A stretch of 30,475 nucleotides of DNA from a virus (lineage: Duplodnaviria > Caudoviricetes): the IMG/VR virus record IMGVR_UViG_3300036766_000624, positions 1 to 30,475 of that record, one strand, 5' to 3'. The position numbers and the translations under genes are program-made. Shown piece by piece: positions 8,055 to 17,299 of the stretch. The notes under the pieces were generated by a model that saw only the letters and a program-made list of their open reading frames with translations, was not told the DNA's origin and searched no databases. How positions within the stretch are numbered: the stretch's first letter is position 1; each line of letters begins with the position of its first letter.

Positions 8055-9871
8055 TCAAACTAAAATCATTACTCTCCGAAAAAATTCTGCGAAGATGTAG
8101 ATCGACAGAGCTTATGGAAGCAAAAGCAACACCAAGAATGCTTGAGTCATTTCTCCGTGAAATGATCAAGGGAAGTGAATGGGAAGGCAAAGTCTTTCTT
8201 GTTGGTGGATTTGTGCGTGATGAACTTTTGGGCAAAGAACCGAAAGATGCCGATATTGTAGTTGGCAAACCTCAGGGCGGGATCGAGTTTACTACTTGGC
8301 TCGGTAAAAAACTCAATATTTACAAAGAGGGAAGCAATCCGGTCATTTATCCAACGTTTGGAACTGCAAATCTTCGTCTGGACGGAGTTATATGGAATGG
8401 TATCGATTTTGCAGAAGAATCCGTGGATGCCGTAATGTTTCGCAAAGAACAATATCATGATCCAAGTACCCGAAAACCTACAGTTCAATATACTCCCGAC
8501 ATAAGAATTGATGCTAGTCGCAGAGACTTGACATTCAACGCCCTTTACAAAAATATATCATCCGGACAAATTATTGATCCAACAGGTAAAGGCATTGCCG
8601 ATTTAAAAAACAGAATCGTTCGTACTTCAATCGACCCCACTATCATTTATACGGATGATGCTCTTCGCATGTTCAGAGCCGTGAGATTTGCTATTCAACT
8701 TGGATTTGAATTGGCACCAGAAATTATTGATGGTATAAAGAAAAACCTTCACCGTCTCGGAAATACATCAAAAGAACGCATTCGTGATGAGTTAAACAAA
8801 ATCCTTGTATCTAAAAATCCTGCCCGTGGTATTCGTCTATTGCGTGATACAGGATTGCTCCCTTATGTAGCAAAAGAACTCCAACAAGCAATTGGTATGA
8901 CTCAAAATATTCATCATACTCAAGATGTATTTGACCATACTCTTACCGTTCTTATGGGAACACAGCCAGAAATCGTCCGTAGATTGATGGCATTATTTCA
9001 CGATATTGGAAAGATCGTCACTCGTTCTGAAACTCCAACGGGAATACATTTTTATGGGCATGAGGATGTTGGCCCCGAAATCGCAGAAAGAATTATGCGT
9101 AATCTAAAGTACCCCAATGAACTAATTGCTGCGGTAAAAACGGGTGTCAGAAATCATATGCGCTTAAAGCCAGGTGGTGATGAGGCTAAACTTTCTGACA
9201 AGACACTTCGTAAGTTTAAGATTGAACTTGGAGATCAATTGGAACATGTACTTGATCTTATTCATGCTGATAATATTTCTCACGCCGATGCTTCGGCAAT
9301 GCCAAATCAAATTGCCAACGTCCGTGCTCGTTTGAAGGCACTGGATATTCAAGTGAAAAAACCAACTCTACCTATTAATGGACATGACCTTATAGCAATG
9401 GGAATTCCAGAAGGCCCGATAATTGGAAAGATTCTCGGTGCTATTACAGATGCCTGGTACGATAATCCTAATATCACTCGGGAAGAGGCTATTACTATCG
9501 CAAAGGGCATGATAAGTGAACAAAAAGTATTAGGTGAAATAAAAAGTCCTTATAGATCCGCTAAAGAAACAGATAAGCGGCGAGGATATATTGGTGTAGT
9601 ACATGATGAAATTGTACATGCTTATGATGAAATGGTTCCAGATGTTCTTGAGGTTGATCATTCAGAATTTCCTTTTAGTCGTTTGCCATTAACCGATAGA
9701 TTTCGTTATTTTGCTATAGATCCTAAAAATACTATTATATGGAATGATTTTTTACCATCTAACGATGTTAAGATTAAGGTAGATGACTGGTTAGCTGAAA
9801 AGGGAATACAAAATGTTAGACATGCGGCACAAAATTTATACGATTACTTAAAAACGGGAAGATGGATATGA
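8051..9871 (+). CDS. cca: MIKLK-leader tRNA nucleotidyltransferase (CCA-adding/polyA polymerase family) with HD domain and extra C-terminal domain
   Basis: LVGGFVRD, DADI, DASRRDLTFNAL, DALRMFRAVRF, ERIRDEL; HD domain DVFDHT...LFHDIGK...FYGHE. Confidence 0.9.
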   Translation: MIKLKSLLSEKILRRCRSTELMEAKATPRMLESFLREMIKGSEWEGKVFLVGGFVRDELLGKEPKDADIVVGKPQGGIEFTTWLGKKLNIYKEGSNPVIYPTFGTANLRLDGVIWNGIDFAEESVDAVMFRKEQYHDPSTRKPTVQYTPDIRIDASRRDLTFNALYKNISSGQIIDPTGKGIADLKNRIVRTSIDPTIIYTDDALRMFRAVRFAIQLGFELAPEIIDGIKKNLHRLGNTSKERIRDELNKILVSKNPARGIRLLRDTGLLPYVAKELQQAIGMTQNIHHTQDVFDHTLTVLMGTQPEIVRRLMALFHDIGKIVTRSETPTGIHFYGHEDVGPEIAERIMRNLKYPNELIAAVKTGVRNHMRLKPGGDEAKLSDKTLRKFKIELGDQLEHVLDLIHADNISHADASAMPNQIANVRARLKALDIQVKKPTLPINGHDLIAMGIPEGPIIGKILGAITDAWYDNPNITREEAITIAKGMISEQKVLGEIKSPYRSAKETDKRRGYIGVVHDEIVHAYDEMVPDVLEVDHSEFPFSRLPLTDRFRYFAIDPKNTIIWNDFLPSNDVKIKVDDWLAEKGIQNVRHAAQNLYDYLKTGRWI

Positions 9872-10857
9872 TACGACTAAAAACATTATTGAGAGAACAA
9901 TTCAGCATCGATCCGGATAGATTTCGGGAACCTCTTCGTGCGTACATAAAAAGAACATTAAGAGATTATGATTCGAAACAACTGCTTATGTTTGGTCTCA
10001 CAATGGATGAATTGATTGACACATTTCTTGATAAGATTTTATCTATTAGAATTTATTATGTATATACCGATGACCCCGACTTGAAACCTTATGGCCATTA
10101 TCATCTTGGAAATAGTGAGAAAGAAAGTATTACTGTAGGTCAATTAAATAAGTTCAAATTGCACGCTGGATACCACAATGAATCCACAATAAGATATCGT
10201 CAATATGTTGATAGTGTAATTTTTCATGAACTCATTCATGCAGTTAATTTCCACAAAAAATTGTTTGATAAAGTGAATTATGATGCTTTAATGATGGGTG
10301 AGAAATATTATACTGATCCAGAAGAAATGCGGGCTTATAAAGCACAGATGGTGGATTTTCTAATGAATTATATGGGATTCAATCGAAAACAAGCGGAAAA
10401 TATGATGAACAAATATACATCTGATCCATCTGATGAAAGAAAAAAATGGGTTGCAAAGTATCCTGACATAAGAGAAGATTTACAATCGGAAGATGATGAC
10501 TATTACTATCACGTGACGTTAGCACCTTATGCAGAAGCTATAGAAAACTATGGATTGAAAAGTGATGTAAATCGTACAGTATCAAGTTATGGTTTGTATA
10601 GCTGTGGGAAAATATTTTTGTGCGACATAGGAACACTGGATTATTGGATATACAAAATTGCAGAACACTCATTTCACCAGTTTGATGATGAAGAATATCA
10701 TAACATAGTTGTGTTTAGGATTCCAAAATCTGAACTGACTGATGTAAAAATGGATGATATAGGAAGTCGTGATAGTGGAGGAAATTCGTATTATGTGACC
10801 GATGATATTCCTTTTTATGATTTAGAGTTTGTCAAAACCACAGAATCTCCATATTAA
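9868..10857 (+). CDS. MIRLK-leader HExxH metallopeptidase-like domain + C-terminal ART-like domain
   Basis: FHELIHA...PEEMRAY; second domain YYHVT...YGLK...KIFL...SYYVTDDIP. Start 9868 preferred over 9862 (ATGA overlap, leader consensus). Confidence 0.7.
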   Translation: MIRLKTLLREQFSIDPDRFREPLRAYIKRTLRDYDSKQLLMFGLTMDELIDTFLDKILSIRIYYVYTDDPDLKPYGHYHLGNSEKESITVGQLNKFKLHAGYHNESTIRYRQYVDSVIFHELIHAVNFHKKLFDKVNYDALMMGEKYYTDPEEMRAYKAQMVDFLMNYMGFNRKQAENMMNKYTSDPSDERKKWVAKYPDIREDLQSEDDDYYYHVTLAPYAEAIENYGLKSDVNRTVSSYGLYSCGKIFLCDIGTLDYWIYKIAEHSFHQFDDEEYHNIVVFRIPKSELTDVKMDDIGSRDSGGNSYYVTDDIPFYDLEFVKTTESPY

Positions 10858-10860
10858 AAT

Positions 10861-11328
10861 ATGATTGACAAAATAAAAGAAAAAATAAAACCCGATGATA
10901 AAATTATCATGGCGAAGAAAGATATTTTACCGTTAAAATTTCCAGTGAAACAAATGGAAGATCCAAGTATTAAACCGAGAGGATTGTGGTATGCTATAGG
11001 ACTAGAATGGATTAAGTGGGTAGAAGGGAACATGCCTGAATGGATGGGCAATGTATTCTATAAAATAGAAATTAATTTTAGCAAGGTTTTACATGTAAAA
11101 AATCAAGATGAACTTATAACATTTTCAGAAAAATATAGAACAAAAGATATACCATTTAATTTTAGTGCATGGATAAATTGGAAACGTGTGGCCGAGGATT
11201 ATTCTGGTATAGAAATTTCTCCATGTCAACCGAGACGAATATATGCGTGGTATGATACTTGGAGTATTGCTTCTGGATGCATATGGGAAAAAGATGGAAT
11301 AATATCTGTTCATAGAATAACAGTATGA
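10861..11328 (+). CDS. Hypothetical Trp-rich protein (KPRGLWY...YSGIEI...WSIASGCIW), possibly a divergent ART fold
   Basis: 155-aa ORF within the array; lacks the MIKLK leader. Confidence 0.6.
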   Translation: MIDKIKEKIKPDDKIIMAKKDILPLKFPVKQMEDPSIKPRGLWYAIGLEWIKWVEGNMPEWMGNVFYKIEINFSKVLHVKNQDELITFSEKYRTKDIPFNFSAWINWKRVAEDYSGIEISPCQPRRIYAWYDTWSIASGCIWEKDGIISVHRITV

Positions 11329-11978
11329 TAAAACTCAAATCATTACTAACCGAAAAAACTTTGTATCATGGCACCACGGTTGCCAATCTAAAAAGTATTG
11401 AAAGATCTGGATTAGTTCCGAGTGTTGGAAAATTTGTTGCTGTTTCTTACGATGATGCAGTAGAAGCCGGTCTGGCAAAAGAATTGATATTTGCCACGGA
11501 CAAACAACAACTGGATAAAGCTGTATCGGCGGCAACTGCTCAAATTGCAGATCAAATGGGAAAATATTTTCATGATGTCACCGATGACGAGTTTTATCGT
11601 AGAGCCGCCATTATCAAGATTTATGATGGAGAGTCTCTTTTTCAACAACGGCCCGAAGGAGATGAAAGAGATGAACATCCATATACAGTCGAACCCGGGG
11701 ATTATTATTCTGAGGATTATATTATTCCAGATGAAATCTTAACGGGTCAGAGAATGATTAGATTGTTAAAACGATATGGCGTATGGCCAAGAGCATATAT
11801 GTTTAGCAGAGGAGAAAATCCATTGAGGGGAGAATTAATGAGACTGGCTCTTAAGTACCACAAAAACATCCCGAAGGAAAAAATTAAGCAGGCAATTATG
11901 AATCTTCCGGCAGGACAACTACTTGATAAAATAAAAGTATATAGAAAAGCGACTGGACAAAGAGAAACATGGCAATAA
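11325..11978 (+). CDS. MIKLK-leader ART-like protein
   Basis: TLYHGTT..NLKSIERSGLVP...LIFAT...DYYSEDYIIP. Confidence 0.7.
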   Translation: MIKLKSLLTEKTLYHGTTVANLKSIERSGLVPSVGKFVAVSYDDAVEAGLAKELIFATDKQQLDKAVSAATAQIADQMGKYFHDVTDDEFYRRAAIIKIYDGESLFQQRPEGDERDEHPYTVEPGDYYSEDYIIPDEILTGQRMIRLLKRYGVWPRAYMFSRGENPLRGELMRLALKYHKNIPKEKIKQAIMNLPAGQLLDKIKVYRKATGQRETWQ

Positions 11979-12655
11979 AACTAAAATCACTCATCAAAAA
12001 AGTTGGATGGGGAAGTCCAGATCCTTCCTTAAAAACTTATCTTTTAGAGAATAAAGTTGTTTCTCTATCTGAATGGTTGTACCACGGATCTCCTTATGAA
12101 GGTCTCAAAGATATGCTTATTAATGGCATTCGTGGAACCGAACATGGAGAAGTGGCTGAGCATGATGCTTTTAGCACTTCTCTAAACTCTGAAATGTTGG
12201 CAATGTTTTCCGAAGGTAGTGGAGAAACGGGATTTCAGTTTGCTGTGAAAAATGCCAAGGTCATAGTACTAGACGATATTATGACTTATTTGGTTACTCA
12301 ACTACCAGGTTCGGGGATGAGTGCCGAAGTGGATGATGAAAACATATTTGCCGAATTTTGTAAAAGATTTAAGATTCCAACTGGAGGACGAACTACTATC
12401 AGTTATAAGAAAACTCCATATCTCCCATATGGATATTTAAGTTCTTTGGGAGTTGACGCTTTCATGTATGATTATGTATGGTTAAGAATAAAAAGAGGAT
12501 TATCACCAGACATAAGAGATGAAAGCGAAGTTTGTTTCATAGAAAGGGGTATTTCAAAGCTAAACAGATGGATTTCTGGTATTTATATAGATGGGCATGA
12601 ATATAAGCCAGAAGAGAAAAATTTGGCATTGCGTGATTTGGAAGAGCGGGTATGA
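11969..12655 (+). CDS. MAIKLK-leader ART-like protein
   Basis: WLYHGS...NGI...FSTS...GVDAF...ESEV (H, STS and ExE elements). Confidence 0.7.
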   Translation: MAIKLKSLIKKVGWGSPDPSLKTYLLENKVVSLSEWLYHGSPYEGLKDMLINGIRGTEHGEVAEHDAFSTSLNSEMLAMFSEGSGETGFQFAVKNAKVIVLDDIMTYLVTQLPGSGMSAEVDDENIFAEFCKRFKIPTGGRTTISYKKTPYLPYGYLSSLGVDAFMYDYVWLRIKRGLSPDIRDESEVCFIERGISKLNRWISGIYIDGHEYKPEEKNLALRDLEERV

Positions 12656-13359
12656 TAAAACTCAAGTCATTATTGAAAGAGAGTGTAGAAATCACCATTG
12701 ATGATATTGAGAATGTTTTGACTCGAAGATATTTGAATTGGGAAGAAAAAACTTTACTTAACACCATTTCCAGTTTCTATTATAGCGAGAAAGAGGAAGA
12801 GCGAAAATGGGCAATTGAGTACATCAATCTTTTAAATGCTACATCTAAATATGTGGAAAATCTCATTAAAAAGCTCAATGTTCCTTATGTTGAACCAATA
12901 GGTATAAAGCAATATTTATTGAGTCAAACTGAGTTTAAAACTAAAATGGAAGAATTTTTCCCGTTTCCTCTATATGTGTCATCATCACCAGAGGATGAAG
13001 CCACAGTAGGAATATTGATTGATATGGAAGGAAAGGTTCTTGAAATCCACGAAGGAAATGATGAAGCCACACCCGAAACTATAAATATGGTAAACCGAAT
13101 GGTAAATCCGAAAGGCAAACCAGTTCGTGTTTATGCCAGTCATGATACTAACTTAGTCCATAGAATAAAAGAAACAGGATTTCTTCCAAAGGATTTATTT
13201 GTCAGTCCAAATAAAGGACACGCATTATCCCATATGGATTTAGAAGGAAAGCGGTCGACATTTACTGGTATTATTGACATCAATTCTGTAAATCAGACAA
13301 GTGATTTGGATTGGAGAACTTTAGAAGCTACGAAAATAGAACGATTTAGATGGCTATGA
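12652..13359 (+). CDS. MIKLK-leader protein with degenerate C-terminal ART-like domain
   Basis: VRVYASH...RIKETGFLPKDLFVSPNKGHA parallels the spacing of the other ART-like domains but lacks the first His. Confidence 0.55.
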   Translation: MIKLKSLLKESVEITIDDIENVLTRRYLNWEEKTLLNTISSFYYSEKEEERKWAIEYINLLNATSKYVENLIKKLNVPYVEPIGIKQYLLSQTEFKTKMEEFFPFPLYVSSSPEDEATVGILIDMEGKVLEIHEGNDEATPETINMVNRMVNPKGKPVRVYASHDTNLVHRIKETGFLPKDLFVSPNKGHALSHMDLEGKRSTFTGIIDINSVNQTSDLDWRTLEATKIERFRWL

Positions 13360-13877
13360 TAAAACTAAAAGAAATAGTCAATGATAATGCTGCCCTTCAA
13401 AATATGAAGCGTCTCGGGGCACAAGGAAAGAAGGCAGCAGCAGATCTTCTCGGTAAGAGAGGATTGAAAGATCCTGACTATTTCACTCTGAAATTTAAAA
13501 GGGTAAGTAACCCCAACTGGATTGCTCAATACAGAAGTTATTCTATAATGTCAGGCAGGCCAATCTTTTGGATGAATATAAATCTTCCAGAAGTTGTAAA
13601 AGACTATGACCCCGACGCTAATATTGTATGGATATTGACAGATAATATTCTACATGAATGGTGGCACGCTATAATGGACGCCTTTCGCATAACGCAGCTT
13701 AAAGGGAAAGTAAAAGTTGATTTGTTTGTATCTTCATCATCAGATCAAAAAGAGGAAAATCAAGCCGAAGAGTTTATCCAGTGGGTTGTAGATAAAAATA
13801 GAGTAAATTCTAATGCCGACAAATATTTTTCTTCGGTAATAAAAGAATTCAATAAACTTTGGTCATCAAATGATTAA
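13356..13877 (+). CDS. MIKLK-leader HExxH zinc metallopeptidase-like protein
   Basis: ILHEWWHAI...EENQAEEF; start 13356 preferred over 13350 (ATGA overlap). Confidence 0.7.
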   Translation: MIKLKEIVNDNAALQNMKRLGAQGKKAAADLLGKRGLKDPDYFTLKFKRVSNPNWIAQYRSYSIMSGRPIFWMNINLPEVVKDYDPDANIVWILTDNILHEWWHAIMDAFRITQLKGKVKVDLFVSSSSDQKEENQAEEFIQWVVDKNRVNSNADKYFSSVIKEFNKLWSSND

Positions 13878-15447
13878 TCTCAAACATCTAATTTTAGAAT
13901 CAGTAACCAATACCTCTGAATTCAAAAGATGGTTCGGTAAGAGTAAAGTTGTTGACAAAAATGGCAAACCTCTTATCGTTTATCACGGAACACAAAAGGG
14001 TGGATTTTCAGTTTTTAATACCCCCACCCATTTTGGGAACAAATCTCAAGTAAACACTTTATTAACGCATTTAGATTTCGCTAGACAACATAGTACCCCG
14101 TTTATTAATCCTAAACTAGGAAATTCAGATTCGGTTTACCCGGTTTATCTTAAAATCGAAAATCCTCTCCACATTCCTGATAAAGGAGGCGATCCTCTAA
14201 AATGGAACGAAACTGTTCAAGCTGCTAAAGATGCCGGATATGACGGATTGATTTACACAAATAAGTATGAAGGTGAAGGATTATCATATGTCGTATTTGA
14301 CCCAACTCAAATCAAATCTGCGATAGGAAATCGAGGAACATTCAATCCCAATAGCCCTGATATAACTAAAGAAGCTACCACTACTGAAGCAATTTCTCCA
14401 GAAAAAAGCGAATATGAAAAGGCTGCCCAAAGTAGCGAGTATAAAGTTATTTCTGTCTATATGGATAAAAAAGGTGTTATTTACATAGATAACCGTATGT
14501 CAAATAAACCTCCTATAGCTTATGAGGATATTAAAGCACATCTTGATTTGAATTATAATAATAACGAAGTAAGAATATTCAAGGACGCATTGCACGGAAA
14601 TAAGATAGACTCTGGAACACAACAATTGATAAGTGCTTTGCTTAAAAAAGGAGTTATAGATTCTTCGTGGAAAGTAACCTTTAGTGACTATGAAGGATGG
14701 CATCGTGGATATGGAGATTATATTTATAAAATGGGAGAGTATGAAAAATTGCCGCCGAATTTCTGGGCTAGAAATAGGAGAGTAAATTTGGGAGAAAACC
14801 TGATACTGTACCACGGAACATCTGATTTAGAATTGCCAACAATACTGAAATATGGACTGAGACCGCTGGGAACCAAACACACCGTTGGAGGGGCAGAAAC
14901 AAGAATGAGAGTTGAAGATAATAAAAACATTTTATATCTAACTGGAACTTTCGTTGATGCATTTAGATTTGCTCAATCCAAAGCACGCTCTAATATGTTG
15001 CGGGTTGATAAAAAACAGTATGATTATGTTCAATATTATGGTTGGAAAGACTGGTTTATAAAACCAGTCGTATTACTGGTGAGATTACCCGATTTTACAA
15101 GATTGAGAAGTGATGATGACAGAATTATCGGGTTAATCAAAACCAAAACAGATCAATTATGGAAGGCATTAGATGAACCTCAGAAAAAGATTGAACAGGA
15201 AAAATCGGTAAAGTGGTTTAGTGAGCGAGGCGTAAATTATGAACCAGAAAGAATAGAGAGTTATTTGTGGGCTATTTCTGATAATGGGTTTGAAACGGTG
15301 TTAAAACACATTGATAAATCGGAATGGAAAAACTGGAAAGCATCTTTGAAATCTCATAACCAAGTTGGATATGAAGGAATTATTCCGCCAAATTATCTCA
15401 CGGTTGTAGATCTAAATAAAGTTGTGCCTGTAAAGAGGTCATCATGA
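13870..15447 (+). CDS. MINLK-leader protein with two ART-like domains (N-terminal ART-PolyVal-like)
   Basis: FKRWFGKSKVVDKNGKPLIVYHGT...VYPVYLKIENP...GYDGLI...YVVFDPTQIKSAIGNRGTF; second domain LILYHGTS...KYGLRP...LYLT...QVGYEGIIPP. Confidence 0.8.
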   Translation: MINLKHLILESVTNTSEFKRWFGKSKVVDKNGKPLIVYHGTQKGGFSVFNTPTHFGNKSQVNTLLTHLDFARQHSTPFINPKLGNSDSVYPVYLKIENPLHIPDKGGDPLKWNETVQAAKDAGYDGLIYTNKYEGEGLSYVVFDPTQIKSAIGNRGTFNPNSPDITKEATTTEAISPEKSEYEKAAQSSEYKVISVYMDKKGVIYIDNRMSNKPPIAYEDIKAHLDLNYNNNEVRIFKDALHGNKIDSGTQQLISALLKKGVIDSSWKVTFSDYEGWHRGYGDYIYKMGEYEKLPPNFWARNRRVNLGENLILYHGTSDLELPTILKYGLRPLGTKHTVGGAETRMRVEDNKNILYLTGTFVDAFRFAQSKARSNMLRVDKKQYDYVQYYGWKDWFIKPVVLLVRLPDFTRLRSDDDRIIGLIKTKTDQLWKALDEPQKKIEQEKSVKWFSERGVNYEPERIESYLWAISDNGFETVLKHIDKSEWKNWKASLKSHNQVGYEGIIPPNYLTVVDLNKVVPVKRSS

Positions 15448-16072
15448 TAAAACTAAAATCATTGTTGGAAACTAGAATAATAGATCCACAAACTTCCCTG
15501 TCGGTTGGAGATATTACTTTGTACCACGGAACAAATTGGGAAGTAGCAAAGAGAGCCAAAAAAGGAGAAATGGGGCCAATAGATAGAAAGAAAATGGTAA
15601 TCAATATTTTGATGACTCGTTTTGGAGAGAGTAAAGAAAATGCCGAAAAAATGTATGAAAAATATGCTACAAGAAAAGATGAACCAAATGTTCTATTTTT
15701 GACCACCGATAAAGACCAAGCAATTGGTTATGCAAAATATACTGCACAATTTGGAGGAGAAATAGTGTCGGATGTTTTAACTAGATATATCAGAGATAGA
15801 AAAATTCCAGAAGAGCAATTCAACAGATTATTTCCGTCGTATGAACCAGCAATAGTAACTGTCACAGTTCCACTAGAGATGGTTCTTACTCATCCATACT
15901 GGAGCACTTCTCTGAAAAAAAGATTGTTGGATATATATTGGTATTTGAAAAAAGACCTAGTTTACTCAAATATATGGTAGATAAGTTTAATATGGAAATG
16001 TTCGTCAACGAAAAAATTTCAGCTAAATATATTCAGAGGATTGACAAACTAACTCCAAGAACCGATATATGA
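15444..16072 (+). pseudogene. MIKLK-leader ART-like gene with a -1 frameshift at about 15915-15958
   Basis: TLYHGT...LFLTTDKDQAIGYA; frame 0 stops at 15980 while the -1 frame continues PSLLKYMVDKFNMEMFVNEKISAKYIQRIDKLTPRTDI to TGA 16070-16072, overlapping the next ATG. Confidence 0.7.
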
Positions 16073-16674
16073 TAATACTGTTAAAAAATATTCTAAACGA
16101 AATAAAAGGAGAAGAATATAAAAAAGAACATTATACTTTATATCATGCCACAGATTCTGATTATTTTGAAGCTCCTGATGTTACCAAGGCTAAAAAAGGA
16201 AGTAGATATTTTAATCCTTTAGGATTGGGTCTTTATTGCTCCACAAATAAAGAATTTGTAAGAAAATTTGGCAAAAATATTTTTATATATTTATTGCCTA
16301 AAAATAGTAAAATTAAGTTCGTAACCAGAAGCAATTGGTTAAGAGAGTATGGGGGAATACTAACCAAAATTTTTAGAAAATTGCATATGTCTTATTGGAA
16401 TGACACAACCATAGAACAAAAGGTAGAACTAAATAAACTTGGGAATAATGCTCCTATAACATCTTTGAATGAATTAGCAGATTATTTAGATGTAATATTA
16501 CCGTTGGATACTGCTGGTGTAAATATATATGAGATTATAGAGGAAATAAATACTCAAAGAAACTCCAACTATGATGCAGTATGGTATAGAACCACTGATT
16601 ATTATCAAAAAGCCGACGAAGTTATAGTACCATTCAATAGATTTAAGTCAGAAAATTTTATTAGAGAAATATGA
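16069..16674 (+). CDS. Leader-bearing (MIILLKNILNE) ART-like protein
   Basis: TLYHAT...LGLGLYCST...YDAV...ADEVIV. Confidence 0.7.
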   Translation: MIILLKNILNEIKGEEYKKEHYTLYHATDSDYFEAPDVTKAKKGSRYFNPLGLGLYCSTNKEFVRKFGKNIFIYLLPKNSKIKFVTRSNWLREYGGILTKIFRKLHMSYWNDTTIEQKVELNKLGNNAPITSLNELADYLDVILPLDTAGVNIYEIIEEINTQRNSNYDAVWYRTTDYYQKADEVIVPFNRFKSENFIREI

Positions 16675-17270
16675 TAAAACTTAAAAAACTTCTAACAGAA
16701 GGACTTTTGACTCCCGAGAGTTTGGCAAATGCTTTTAAGAAAGCATATATATCCTATTTTGATATTGATGACGTTACACCTGTTAGAGTTTCTAACTTAA
16801 GACCGCCGAGCTTTTTACATCAATATTTCAAGATAAATATATTTATTTCTTATAGAGCGAAAAAATTCGTCATCAATCATCACTTTGAATATTACAAATT
16901 TCCAAAAGAAGAAATAAAAGGACTTGCTGCGGACGAATGGGATGAGATGCTCCGTATTAGCGATAAATTTCCGCCTCAAGAAGCAACTGATGAATTGGTA
17001 AGACAAAATAACAAATTAATTAGATTTTCTATTTCAATTTACGAAATTAGTAGCAAAGAGGATAATTATGAAACATGGGAAGTAAATAGCCTCAAAAAAT
17101 TTTTACAGGGAGATTATGATGACGAATATGATGTGGGAGAAGCGACTGACCTCAGAAATATTTTGGGTGTAGTAGAAACAGCAAAGAAACTTATAGATAA
17201 ATATATCAGTGGAGAAAGTAACGCCAGAGAAGAACCTATTGATAAATCTCCTACTCCTGTTGGAAAATAA
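16671..17270 (+). CDS. MIKLK-leader hypothetical protein
   Basis: 199 aa starting MIKLKKLLTEG; no recognised domain. Confidence 0.7.
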   Translation: MIKLKKLLTEGLLTPESLANAFKKAYISYFDIDDVTPVRVSNLRPPSFLHQYFKINIFISYRAKKFVINHHFEYYKFPKEEIKGLAADEWDEMLRISDKFPPQEATDELVRQNNKLIRFSISIYEISSKEDNYETWEVNSLKKFLQGDYDDEYDVGEATDLRNILGVVETAKKLIDKYISGESNAREEPIDKSPTPVGK

Positions 17271-17299
17271 AAATTGGTTGTCAAAGAAGTAAAGAAGAT

